From: Camelus ferus
Lineage: Eukaryota
Direction of reading: 5' to 3'
DNA: 64,000 nucleotides
Assembly (NCBI RefSeq): GCF_009834535.1
Contig: NC_045696.1
Coordinates: 55,430,001 to 55,494,000, forward strand
Program-made: the position numbers and the translations under genes
The notes under the pieces: model-generated
Databases searched by the model: none
What the model saw: the letters and a program-made list of their open reading frames with translations, nothing else
What the model was told of the DNA's origin: nothing
Shown: positions 1 to 12,379 of the stretch, in pieces
Layout of the letters: each line of letters opens with the position of its first letter
Position numbering within the stretch: position 1 is the stretch's first letter

Positions 1-19
1 ACACACTTTTGTTTTCAAA

Positions 20-496
20 TAGAGAATACTATTAACAACTTGATACCAATATGCATAAACTTAAAAAAAAGAGAGACCATTTTCTAGAAAAATTAAAAAG
101 ATACAGGAAATCTAAATAAACCTACACCATTAGAGAAACTGAGTCAGTACTCAGAAAGCTACCAATAAATAAATGAATAAATAAATAACAGCAGGCAAAT
201 CTTTTACAGGCAAATTCCACAAGATCATCAGATAACTTCCATCTTACCCATATCGTTTCAGAGAACAGAAAAAAAGGAAGCTCTGCCCAACTTATTTTAT
301 GAGGATATTATATAATCTGGTACTAAAGCTCAACTGAGGACAACAGAAGACAGAGAAGTTAGACATTCTGACTTCTGATCGCAGATAAAGAAATTCCACT
401 AAAATATCAGCATACCAAATGGAGCAATTTATTTAAAAATAATCACAATCGAAATTCAAGGATGTTGTAATGTTTGAAAATCTATTAATGTAATTC
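20..496 (+). mobile_element. Old L1 (L1M) ORF2 fragment
   Basis: A-rich sequence with L1 ORF2-like motifs (ctgcccaacttattttatgagg; aaaatatcagcataccaaat; tctattaatgtaatt). Confidence 0.7.
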
Positions 497-692
497 TCTC
501 ACTGACATTTTGGCCTGGATAAGTTTCTGTTGTGGGTCTGGGCTGTGCGTAATAGGATGTTTAGTGCCATCCCTGGCCTTAACCACTAGCTGCCAGCTGT
601 ACCTTCCTCCCAGCTGTGACATCCCAGCTGTGACAATCAAAAATGTCTCCAGACGTTGCCAAGTGAAATTTTCACTAGATGAGAATCACTGA
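497..692. mobile_element. MER20-like hAT-Charlie DNA transposon
   Basis: Contains gacattttggcctggataa, aggatgtttagtgccatccctggcc, tgacaatcaaaaatgtctccagacgttgccaa and gagaatcactg, matching the MER20 consensus. Confidence 0.85.
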
Positions 693-984
693 TGTGGAGG
701 CTGCTGAACAGTCTCACGTACTGTGTTTCCACTTAATGGAACCTGGATCAACGGTACAGGCCTTATGAAGCACAGGCCAAACTGCTGCATTTTGCTTCAA
801 ATAAAATCAATCAAATAGAGTTTTCACTCATCCAAGAATTCAGTGTTATATACCAAAAAGCCAATACTAAGTCCACCTTATTCCTCTGTATGAAAATGAA
901 GTATACCACCACAGGAAGCTGGTTCCAAATTCACTCAGTGCTTAGAACCCACATATGAATTACATGAGGACAATTTTGGTCACT

Positions 985-1885
985 TTCATTGTGACATAAT
1001 TTTAAACTTACAGAAAAGTTGCAAGAACACTAGAGGAATTCTGTGTCTCATATATCACCTTCTCAGATTCAACAGTGATTTCTATTTTGCCCTATTAGGT
1101 TATTAGGTTATTTTCTCAGTACATGTAAAAATATTTTCCTGAACCATTGCAGGAGCAAGTTGAAAACACTGCCCCTTTTTACCATTAAGTACTGAGCATT
1201 TCCTATGAACAAAGATATCCTTTACATAATCACAGTACAAGTATCAAAGTCAAGAAATTTAACATTGATACAACAGAATTATCTCATTCACAGCTCAGAT
1301 TTCATCAATTGGCCCAATACTGTCCTTTATAGCTATTTTTTCTCCTGCCCAGATTCGAATCCAGGATTCTGTATTGCACTTAGCTGTTTTAACTGCTTAA
1401 CCTCTTTCAATCTGGAACAGTTGTCTTCATGACCTTTGTTTGCTCGGTGTTTCCTCATGACTGGACTCAGGACCACTGTGGCAGTGATGCTGTGTCCTCA
1501 GTGCATATGCCAGGACGCACAGGATACCAGTCTGTCACGACACTGGTTATGCGGTTAAAATGGTATCCCCCAGGTCTCTCTACTATAAAGTTACTATTTT
1601 TCTTTATAATTAATGAGTTATTTGAGGGGAAATACTTTGGAACTATGTAAATACCATTCCTCATCAAACATTGGCCCACTATCTTGACATCAGGGATGAC
1701 TTTCTAACTCTGTCATTCCTTCCACATACATTGGTAGGCATTCTACTGTAAGAAAATGCTTTCCCTTCTCCCTCATTTATTTACGTATATCAGGGATTCA
1801 TGGATTCCAATTTTATTCAATGAACTACAAATTTATTTTAATGTTCAAATTGTCCAAGATTTGGCCAGAAGGAGCTCCTTCAAGT
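985..1885 (-). mobile_element. L1MC/ME-type 3' end
   Basis: taattttaaacttacagaaaagttgcaagaa, attttcctgaaccatt and tcaagaaatttaacattgataca are typical of an old L1 3'UTR read antisense. Confidence 0.7.
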
Positions 1886-3816
1886 TAGCTCTCTTCTATA
1901 AGGACAATTCTAAACCCCAAATATTATGCCCCAATCACTAATCAGACTTCTGGGGTGGCTCTCCCTGGTATAAATTATTCCTTTCTCAGACGGTGCAACC
2001 TGAATTTATATTAAGCAAATGCATTCACATTAGTAACATAAATCTTCTGAAAAAAAATTCTAAGTTATTTTGGGTTATGCTATTTTGAGATCTACTTAAT
2101 TAATGCCGATATCAAGAGGTAAATTTAAGTTAAAAATCTGACTCATTTAATGTGCATTATTATGATAAATGAAATTATCCAAAGTAACTGTGATGACCAA
2201 TCCAGAGTGTGATTTATAAAAGACAAATGTTTTCATCTTTGGCATTCAAGTTCACTTTTACACCTAAAGTATCAAAGAATATGCAAGTTGCAAAGAAGAT
2301 ACCAAGAAATTTGACTGATAATATATTTTTTCAGAAACAAAGAGGTAATGGAAGGCTCTTTCTACAGATATTTCACAACTCACATACAAATAACCACTTT
2401 TAAAGGTTCATCTGTAATTCCAAACTCAGTCCAGCATTTCAAAGAAATGTTATATAAATCATAGAATCTTAATGCTGATACGGAGGACCTCAGAAATGAT
2501 GCCATTAAATCCCCTTATTTTACAACAAGGCAAGAGGTGAATGGACACAGAGTTACTGGAAAATCTGTATTTTGAATATAGTTTTCAGGATTATAAGATA
2601 AGAGCTATTTTAAACATATCATTTACAATGGTAAGATTAGCAAGCTGGTCCACCAGGGGAAAAAAAAAAAAAAAACCAGCTTCTTAGCTCACAGTATGGC
2701 TAAAACATTTAGCAATGAACAATTAGTAGGGAACAACAGTATAGCAGCAGTCATTATCAGAGTAACCCCTAAGTCATTATGTCGAAAGGAAGTTTTTTTT
2801 AAATTAATTAATTTTGGGCTAGGTTGATTAAAAGGTGATGGAAAGATTCAGTAATAATTTCTGTAAGGATTCTAAAAGGAAACTTACAGGTTCTTAAGAG
2901 GCTGGTGGTCCTGGTTCTTTAATACGTCTAACGTCACTATACAACTTAGGACTTTCCTTCTCCATGACAGATATATACCATCAATATGATTCAAACTTAT
3001 CAGGCATAACTAAGGCTGTTTGGGACCTCTCCCTTAACTGCCAGCTCCTTTTTAAGTTAAGACTTGTAAATCTGTCCTGAAAATGCCATAAGAGACATGT
3101 TCTGTATCAGAGATGATGCAACACATAAGACTGATACATTTTATTTTCTTGAAACAGAAGATTGCATACATAATTCTATAATTTCCCTCAGTCTACTTCA
3201 TAAATTTTCCTCAATTTTCCACAGTGTTTCCTCTGACATCAAATTTAAGTAGCTGGATTTACATGCAGAAAACTAACGATGATTCTCATGCCTCCTCCAC
3301 CTTTACCTGTCTGGTGTGATCAACTCCCGGGTCTCCCATGATCTGAGGCCTTTTCCTGTTCTCTTTCCCATCTTCCTCCTCTAATTAGACTTGATGCTGA
3401 AAACAGGATGATTAACCCTCTCATGACCACGCTAATGTTTCTCACACTAAACTAGGCAGTTGTTTCTTAAGTAGGAAGGGGATTCTCAGTTATAAACTCC
3501 AAAGATTATCTTACAGTTAACAATACAAGGAAGCTACCACTTAGCTATTTTAAATCTTCACTATAAAGGAACAGAATTTCCATATATAGTTACCACTGAA
3601 TAAGACACATTTCATAAAGGCAGCAATGAGAGATGAAAGAAAATATTTTTATTCTCTTTCAAGCTGAACACACAAAATGATCCAGGGAGCTTTTTCAGCA
3701 GTTACAAACACAGTGTGTTATTTTTCAAAATCTAGTCAAGTTAATTACTTTGTGAGCCCAAGAATCATTATTTTCCATGATCACTAATTAAATGGGCAAA
3801 GCAACACCATACATAC

Positions 3817-3972
3817 CCTGAGTGGCTGTTGGAGGTAGTTTGAGGGTATTGTCTAGCTTCTCCCAAAGGTAAGTTGGTCGAGGAATGCCTTCCTCTGAGC
3901 TACAGAGCAGGATGACGTCACTGCCGATATCCTGGGATCCTTGGATCTGGCAGTGTGGGGCAGAAGGGGGAA
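3817..3972 (-). CDS. IGSF11: IGSF11 internal coding exon (exon 4 equivalent): first half of the IgC2 domain
   Basis: Translates (V)[51 protein letters not shown](D). Acceptor cttcctgctgtag, donor CAG G|gtatgt. 156 bp, phase 1 to phase 1. Confidence 0.97.
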
Positions 3973-4309
3973 CTACAGCAGGAAGAGTAAGCAATAAAGT
4001 ATGCATTTACTATGAGCCAACTGATGACAGAGGGCATCAACATTCAGCACACTGGAACTTCAGACAACACTGTTTTGAGAACACAAACCAGGAGACCACA
4101 TCATGAGCAAAGCCAGATAACAGTCATGTACTCCTCCCAGGGCTTGCCCACAGGGGCAGGGTCCACGACTTCAGCTGGCAGGGAGCAAACATGTAAAAGA
4201 GGCTATGATTATATTTTCAAGGTATTTTATGGTTTCAGTTTCTCTCTGCTTCCTCCAAAGAAGAACTGGAAGAATCTTTATGATGCTTTGTGTCAACATA
4301 CAGCTTTTA

Positions 4310-4795
4310 AAAGCATTACTAAATTCACACAGGTTCACAGCAGCATTATTCACAACACCTAAAGGTGGAAACAACCCAAGTGTCCACAGATGGATAAATG
4401 GATAAATAAAATGTGGTATATACATACAAAGGAATATTATTTAGCCTTGATAAGTAAGAAAATTCTGACACATGCTACAAGGATGAACCTTGAGGACATA
4501 ATGCTAAATGAAATAAGCCAGTTATAAAGAGATAAATATTGTATGATTCCACTTATATGAGGTACATAGGGCAGTCAAATTCATAGAAAAAGAAAGTAGA
4601 ATAGTGGTTTCCAGCAGCTGAGGGAAGGGAGAAATGTAGTTTAATGGACTGAGGTTTATTTTTGCAAGTTGTGCTGGAGATTTGTTGCACAACACTGTGA
4701 ATATACTAAACACTACTGAAACATACACTTAAAAATTGACTAAGATGGTAAATTTTGCTATATTTTACCATAATTAAAGTTTTTTTAATTAGTGA
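4310..4795 (+). mobile_element. L1MB-type 3' end
   Basis: ttcacagcagcattattcacaa, ggaaacaacccaagtgtccacagatggataaatggataaataaaatgtggtatatacataca and tgtatgattccacttatatgagg. Confidence 0.85.
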
Positions 4796-5322
4796 AAAAG
4801 CTCACTTGTAAAGAAGATACTTCAAGGAACAGCACCTTCTTATCCTGCCAGCTACTTTCGGCTAAGGCCAAGTTAACAAGTGCTTTGTTATTTTACAAAC
4901 AAAAAACAGACATATCTACTTTGTACTAACTTCTGTTTTATGGAGGGGGCAGTTAGAGTAAAGTTCAAGTATATCTACTACTTGATAGTAATGCAGTGAA
5001 CATTTTACAAAAATTAAGACAGGTAAGGATGCAAAGGATGTTACACAAAAAATTACCTCCCCCCTAAAAAACACTAAAGGAAAAAGGTGGTAGTTTATAG
5101 TAAAAAAGCAAGTAAATAAAAATATAAACTAAGCCCATGGCTTGGATTGTCATACTGGATGACATACACAGTAGAGTTTAAATCCAAGTGATGAGGTACT
5201 TGCAATGCTAATGAGTTTTCAATAAGTGTGTTCAACCTTGCAAAAATGAATGAATGAGTAGAAAATGAATGCGGTACACAGAGGAACCAGGAAAGAAAGT
5301 AGGTAGGGGAAGAAAGAACAAT

Positions 5323-5459
5323 CAAAGATTCACAGAGAAAAAAATGTGACAATGAGTGTGTATATGTCCATGAATGACTGAAAAATTGTGCTGAACACTG
5401 GAATTTGACACAACATTGTAAAATGATTATAAATCAATAAAAAATGTTAAAAAAAAAAT
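5323..5459 (+). mobile_element. Severely 5'-truncated lineage-specific L1 3' end with target-site duplication (TSD)
   Basis: L1 terminus ...gacacaacattgtaaaatgattataaatcaataaaaaatgttaaaaaaaaa, flanked by the direct repeat aaagaacaat (5313-5322 and 5460-5469). Same family as the copy at 35272-35418. Confidence 0.8.
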
Positions 5460-6838
5460 AAAGAACAATGAAAGGGTATAGGGAGAAAGAGTGAAAAATC
5501 TCAGGGAATCCTAACTGCTGTGATGGGATAAACCAATCTCAATGCACTGCCTCCAACATTACCACTGTGATGCTCTGAGAGGAAACCCAAAATAATTATT
5601 GGAAGGTACCATGAACAGTAAGATAAATTAAAGGTTTTTTTCTACCTTTAAAAAATAAACAAACGTGGATCATATGGAAAGTTCGTTACCTAAATTACAG
5701 GTGTAAGCATGAAAATAATGTTAAATTCCAGCAGTACTCTGTATTCAGTACTGAGAGTGTTGTAAAGATTATACAGCTTTAATATATTTGAATAATAGTT
5801 CTAAAATAAAATTTCCCACTTGTGCTTAGTTTTCTTACTCTGTTTGAAGACTGGGAGAACAAGGCACCAAAGCTACAGCATTCTCTCACCCAAAGAAGGG
5901 AATGGCAAGAAGCCGCAGCCCTGGAATCCTCAGGTGACTCAACACTGGAAAAGGGGAGGGTGCACCGAGAATTCCTGGCTGAGACTGAGACGTGAGTAGG
6001 GGGAGGACAGTCAAGAGCATCGGCTTTGCTAAGTAGTTCTTGGTTTCCCCGCACGAACTGGACTGAGCCATTCCCACAACAAGTACCCACTTAGGAGGCA
6101 GTGCTTTATTTCAGAGGCAGCAGAACTGAGAAATAAAACATGTTTAGGATGAATTTAATTTAGCATGAGACAGTTTAACTGCATGGTAGAACAGAGACAA
6201 TACTGGTATGAGTAAAGAGACCCCAATTTTGACCTAAATTTGATTGCTGTTCATGGTCTACATAATCCTGGAAAAGGCCCTAAGTCTATTTGGTCTCAGT
6301 ATTAAGACCAAATTGATCCTATAATTTATCGTTCCAATGAGGATAGTTCTGAGAGGAAGAGGAGGCATTACTAATATATCTGCCAGGACAAGAGGTGTAA
6401 GCTTGGAACTGCCGTGGACCTTCTGAGCGTTACACAGACATGAAGTCATAGTAATTTATTCTCACGTGTGCTGAAACCTCTGCTTCCTACTCATAATCAG
6501 TAATTCTTGATTTCTTCCACTCTCAACAATAAGTCCTACCCTGTAAAAGCTTAGGGAAAAATGAGAGACCACTTTTGCTGGTTTTTTATGCCACCTTTCT
6601 CCACCTTCAGGAAAAGTCATTTAAGAAGAAACTTTCGAGAGCCATCTGAAATGGAGTAAGGGGTGGGGAGACCATGGCTAAGCAGTGCGGAGAAGCAGAG
6701 GCCAGGTGGGGCTGCAAGGAGACAGGACAGGAAAGGACACAGGCAGACAGAGAGCATAGGGGAACCGGCAGAAGTGAACACTTTTGAGAGTAAACTCACA
6801 GGTAAAGCCAAGGTCCCCAAAAACATCCCGTCACTCAC

Positions 6839-7046
6839 CTAGAACTGTGAGACCAGTGACGCCAATGTTCCTGCCCCCTCTGTCTGGAAGGTTGTTAACT
6901 AAGCACTGGTAGGTGCCTGTGTCTGACAGCTGAGTGTTGTTGATGAAGATAGAGACATTGGTGGCTGGCATGGTGCCTGTAAATCCCACCCTACCGTGGA
7001 ACCGGGGGGCACCGTCAGACATCTGTCCGCCCTGATATAGAATGAC
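6839..7046 (-). CDS. IGSF11: IGSF11 internal coding exon (exon 3 equivalent): C-terminal half of the IgV domain
   Basis: Translates [69 protein letters not shown], including the V-set D-x-G-x-Y-x-C motif. Acceptor ttttcccttgcag, donor G|gtgagt. 208 bp, phase 0 to phase 1, in frame with both neighbours. Confidence 0.97.
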
Positions 7047-7489
7047 CTGCAAGGGAAAAGCAAAATAAATAAACAGGCCACTGCATCTCCTTATAGACAC
7101 GCAACAATCATCGGGAGATTTTATGTCTAATCTTAGAGGTGCTGCCAACTTTTTACTACAGCACCTATCGGTAGATACCCAGGCGTTCTGAATTCTTACA
7201 AACCAAACTGAAATAGCGTCGAATCCCTACCTAACTCATCAGTACAGAAAGTGTATTTTAGGCTACCTTACTATCAGTCCATAAATATTCTTACCAATTC
7301 AAAAAATTAATTCCAAAATAAAGTTAAAAAAATTAGCACTGCCATTCTCACGCTTACTAGGTCACAAAATGACAGGTCACAATTACAGACTGAGTATAAA
7401 CGAATGTCATACTAGGGAAGTAGGGCTACGAGGCCATGACTGCTTTTCTTACGTCAGTTTCTCTATCAAACTAAACTTTTCATGGGAGA

Positions 7490-7660
7490 GGACTCAGGGT
7501 GGTGTTGCAAAAAGCGCTTTCGGCTGAGAGGGAGGTACCTGGTTCTATCCAAGCTCTATCTGTAAATAATCTGTGGTCAAGTCTTTCGTTGCCTCTATCA
7601 CTGAGTCCTAAATTGATGAAGCTGAATAAAATGATCTCAAAGGCTCAGTCTAATTATGAA
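7490..7660. mobile_element. MIR SINE fragment
   Basis: MIR-like motifs ctggttctatccaagctct and atgatctcaaaggctc. Confidence 0.5.
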
Positions 7661-8419
7661 AGTTCCATGGGTTAAAGAAATACAAGTTATTGTTAAATAT
7701 ACCTATTTAAATTTTGTATCAGAAAACTTAGCTGACTAAATATTTTTAGGTAGTAAAAAGCTTATTGAAGCAGAAAAGCTTCATAGTAGAAAAAAGTTAA
7801 CTTTGGGAATGAAGGTATAGTCATGGTCACAATTCACTATTTTTCCGAGCATTATTTTCTGCAGTGGGTATCACATGTTATGGGGCTTTTACCTATAATC
7901 GATACAGCTTCTTAGCTAGTAACTTCTATTTTCGCATACCCACCCTAATTTATTTGAGACTTAGAGAATGGCTAGTATGCCTGGCTTTTATTTATTTTAA
8001 AATACTTGTGCAATTAACCAAATAAATAAAGTACTACTATCTAATGTTATTTCCTTAATATTACCACTATCTTTAAAAAATATTCTCTCATCCACCTGTT
8101 AGTGCTAGTTTCTTCCTGTCAAAATATACTTTGCTTCTTCTGTCTTGGTATTGCCCGTTAGCAATGTCTTTTGAGGAAATTCTAGGTTCCTACATAAAAT
8201 TTTCAGGAGGATCCCCTTGACATCTGTTAATTTTTGTGTAAGTATTTTACAAAGAGGACAGCTCTTGTGACAGCTGACTAACCATGCAGGAGTAACACTT
8301 AAAACAACACAGGCACACTGAAATCATCACTTATTCTAGAAATCAAATCTATACCCACCCATCCCCCACTTAGGAAAAGATGAATATTTCAGAGGTAGCA
8401 CAGGATGCAACAGAAGTAC

Positions 8420-8583
8420 CTGTTCAGGCTGGTTCGCGTTGGAGAGAGGAATGACCATCCAAATGACATTGAGGTTAATGAGGGCAGCGCTGGTAGTGAA
8501 AGTACAGGGCAGAACCGCCGTCTGACCCCGGGCCACCTGGACACTCCCAGGGCTCTCTGAGACTTCCAGGGAAGCTGCAACAC
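8420..8583 (-). CDS. IGSF11: IGSF11 internal coding exon (exon 2 equivalent): end of signal peptide and N-terminal half of the IgV domain
   Basis: Translates (G)[54 protein letters not shown], which matches IGSF11 as I recall it. Acceptor tctttcttctgtag (AG at 8585-8584), donor CAG|gtactt (GT at 8419-8418). 164 bp, phase 1 to phase 0. Confidence 0.97.
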
Positions 8584-8929
8584 CTACAGAAGAAAGACAG
8601 GAGGCTGTGTGATCACTCTTTCCTGACAGACCAAATCCCTTCAAAAGGTTCGTGTGTTTTGTATAATCAGTAACACAAACAGACATGACAGTCTTACTAA
8701 ACAACTACTGACTGTTCACTGAGTCAAAATGATAAAAACTGTTCATCCTTTTACCCTTTAGCAACTGTACATGAAAAATATTAGAGGCAACTTACTCCAT
8801 ATTGTACCACACTATGTGATATCTGCCAGATTCAAAAACAAACTGGGAGAATTCAACTGACAGGGTCAAAGCCTTAATGGTGATGAGGGATGAGAAATAA
8901 ACTGAAAATATGTTAAAGCATCATTACAC

Positions 8930-10640
8930 AATAGCACAGTGTAAAATTAAACGCTGATAAATCCAATCAAGTATGTGCAGGATGTATACCTAAAAACTAT
9001 AAAATGCTGCTGAAAGAAATAAAATAAGACTAAATAAATGGGCGGCCATGCAACATGCATGGGTTAGAAGATTTAATACTGTTAAGATGCCAGTCCTCTC
9101 CAAAATGATCTATAGCTGCAGAGTCCCAATCAAAATCACAGCAGGCTTTTTGTAGATACTGACAAACTAACTCTAAAACACACAAAAAGGCAAAGAACTA
9201 AAGGAATATTGAAAAAGAAGAACAAGTTTGGAGAATTTACAGAATCTGATTTCAAAATTTGTTCTAAATTAGCTATAGCCATCAAGACAGTGTGATAATA
9301 GCCCAGGACAGAGCACCAGATAAACAGCACAGGATTGAGAGTTCAGAAATAAGCCCTTATGTTTATGGCCAAATGCTTTTCGACAAAGGTACAAGACAAT
9401 TAATGAGGGGGAAAAAATAGTCTTTTCAACAAATGGTGTTGGAACAATTCAAGTTAATATGCAAACAAATTAACTCAGACCCTTATCTCACAGTATGCAC
9501 AAAAATCAACTCATAATGTAATGTGGACCTAAATGTAAAAGCTAAAACTATAAAACTTATAGACATGAACATAGGAGAAAATCTTTGTGGATTTGGATTA
9601 ATCAAAGAGGTCTTAGATATATGATCAGGACCATAAATGGTAAAAGAAAACAATAAAGTGGACTTCATTAAAAATTTTAAAAACTTTCATCCTTCAAAAG
9701 ACTTAAGAAAATAAAAAACAAGGTACAGATTGGGAAAATATTTGTAAACCACATATCTGACAAAGAACTTGTAGTCAGAATATATAAAGAACTACTACAA
9801 CTCAATAATAAAAAGACAAACAACCTAATATTAAAATGGATAAAATATCTGAATGTTTCAAAAAAGCTAATAATAAGCACATGGAAGGATGCTCAACATA
9901 ATTACTCGCTAGGAAATTGCATATTAAAACCACAGTAAGATACCATTACATCTCCACTGGAATGGCTATAATCAAAACAAAATCAAGTGCTGACAAGGAT
10001 GCAGAGAAACTGGAATCCTCCTCATTCACTGCTGGTAGAAATGTAAAATGGCACAGCCACTTTGCAAAATAGTTTCAGTTTCTTAAAAAGTTTAACATAA
10101 ACTTACTATACAACCTGGAAATTCCATTTCTATGAATCTACCCAATGCACACACAAAAACCATGAATGTTTATATGTTTATGTTTATCATACCTTCAAAT
10201 GGAAATAATATAAATATCCATCAACTGGTGAATGGATACCCAAAATGTGGTATAGCCATACAACGAAATACTATTCAGAAATAAAAAGCAACAAGCTACC
10301 AACCCATGTTACAACATGGACAAGCCTCTCAAAAACATTTTGCTAAGTCAAAGAGGCCAGATGCAAAAGATTACATACTATATTGTTCCCTTTATGTGGA
10401 ATGTCCAGGAAAGGCAAATTATAGAAAAAATCAGCAGTTGCATGGGGCTAGAGGGGAGGGAATAGGGATTGTTGCAAATAGGTTCAATGAACTTTCTAGG
10501 GCAATGAAGAACTTCTAAAACTGGACTGTTAAGAGGGTTGTACAACTCTGTAAATTTACTAGAAGTAATTGAACTTTTTACTTTAAACAGGTGAGATCTT
10601 TGGTTTATAAATTTTAGCCCAATTCCTATTAAAGTTAAGG
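8930..10640 (+). mobile_element. Old L1 (L1MB/MC-like): ORF2 3' part plus 3'UTR, decayed
   Basis: ORF2 motifs gaagatttaatactgttaagatg, atagtcttttcaacaaatggtgttggaacaa and aaccacatatctgacaaagaacttg, followed by the 3'UTR (tatccatcaactggtgaatggata). Many stop codons. Confidence 0.9.
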
Positions 10641-11739
10641 AAAAAAAAGGAAAACAGTAATTTACCAGAGCTAACTCCTGGCAAGTCAAAAATCAACGGT
10701 TATCTCTTCTGAAAAGAATGCCTGCCCCCCAGGGACCACAGAACAATATGGGAATAACAGATTAAAATAAGTCAGAGGGCTCCAACAAAGAAGGTATACT
10801 AACTATGAAAAAAATACATGAAGTTCATGGCAGTATCTCAAACTGTTTTATTTGGAAGTGATATTATCTCAGTTCTCCCAAAAAAGTAACACAATAACAT
10901 ACCCTTACGACTATAATTTCTTTACAAAATAAATGTACATAACACCTTCCTTCTATAGAACTTTGTGTTCTTCACATATAGTCTGATGATGCTCTTAGGA
11001 GTTAAATTTACAGGATAAAACGTTTCATAAAATAAGCCACCTGCAGTACAATACAAAGCACTTGATAACATTAGGAAAAGTCTCTAAATAACATTAGGGA
11101 AATTCTTTAAGTTTAAAAAAGGAAAGTTGAAAGAACCTCTGGTGCTAAGAGGCAGGAAGTGGAGGTTATTTGATCACGGAACAGGCAATGAACAGGAACA
11201 AGCCACCTCATGGGCAGAAGTGGGTTCAGGGAGGATATTTGATACAATGATTATGATAAATGCAACTGGAGATGTTTTTAAAAGTAAGTATGGAAACCAA
11301 ACTGGCCTCCATCACTTCATTCTTCAGCTAATCCTCCAAGGAAGAAGTGAAGATACACCCCTCAAACTAACTCTACAGGCTAGTGTACGCCCTCCACCCT
11401 CAGTTCACTCATTTCAAGCTGAACCCACACAATCTTTGATACAATTTTTTTTAAGGGCAGTATAAATTCAGGATGAAAGATAAAGATGGAAAAACTACCA
11501 AAATACAGTAGGATTTCAGTAAAGGCAGAGTAGATCTGCAGGATAGTGGTGGGAGCTGAGGAAACAGGTCTGCGAACAGAGGGTAAGTGTCTGGGGTGAC
11601 AGAAGCTGTGGAAGACTGACTTCATCTACTTCACAGTTTGACATAAGGTTAACCCTGAAATCTGAAGCCTTAAATAGCGGCAGGAGAAATATTCCAGATA
11701 TGTTGCTTTCACAACTTTGTACAAGCGTGGTTTGCAGCC

Positions 11740-12160
11740 GGGCAGGTATAGTTTGAAATCTGGCTCTTTTATCGACTTAGCTGTGTGGTCTCAAGTAAGT
11801 CACTTATTCTCTGATTCTGTTGCTTCCTCTGTAAAGCAGGGCTAAATACTCCCATCATATCATCAGAAGAGTATGACAAGGGCGGGTCCAGACGCTGATG
11901 GCGGGCAATGACCAGCACCAGCACCACTATCGTCAGCTGACGTGTAGGGCACATTGACCAAACAGCCAGTCCACACTGAGCATTATATATGAACACACAC
12001 ACACACACACACACACACACTCATTCAATACTACAAGGGGTCTTATACCTTACATATAATTTGTTATACATAAGAAATTGAAGCCCAGGTCACACAGCTC
12101 AAGGTCACATAGGAAGTGGTAAGCCCTGGATTCCAATCCAGGCAGTTTATCTAAAGACAT
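11740..12160. mobile_element. MIR SINE fragments flanking a (CA)n repeat
   Basis: MIR core motifs acttagctgtgtggtctcaagtaagtcactt, cttcctctgtaaagcaggg and aagaaattgaagcccag...ggattccaatccaggcagt. Confidence 0.7.
11993..12020 (+). repeat. (CA)n microsatellite
   Basis: Uninterrupted AC repeat, about 14 units. Confidence 0.95.
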
Positions 12161-12379
12161 ATACTATATATCTATATATCTCTCTCTATATATAGATACT
12201 ATATATCTTAGATATATATATATCTAAGAACATATACTTAACTACCACATGTAACTCAACACACAGAAATTAGCCCATAAATGTTTGTCATTATTGTCAT
12301 TACCATATCATACAATCACAAACTTTAAAATTAGTACGGCCTCTCACAGAAAGCCATCAGAGGAAAACCCGCTCGACTT

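Larger units (their letters stand above)
1..3816 (-). other. IGSF11: IGSF11 intron downstream of the exon 4 equivalent (next exon outside the window)
   Basis: The next expected peptide, DQVQGTVTIRNIS, is not found in 1-3816. Confidence 0.8.

Noticed and set aside
8575..8583. Alternative in-frame acceptor 9 nt into exon 2 (GTGTTGCAG)
   Set aside because: The upstream AG has a good pyrimidine tract and gives the expected protein. The sequence alone gives no evidence that the second AG is used.
8336..8704. ORF-track proteins 8336-8704, 6831-7148 and 3788-4006 as standalone genes
   Set aside because: Each is an IGSF11 exon plus intronic read-through. Homology starts and stops at the AG/GT splice sites.
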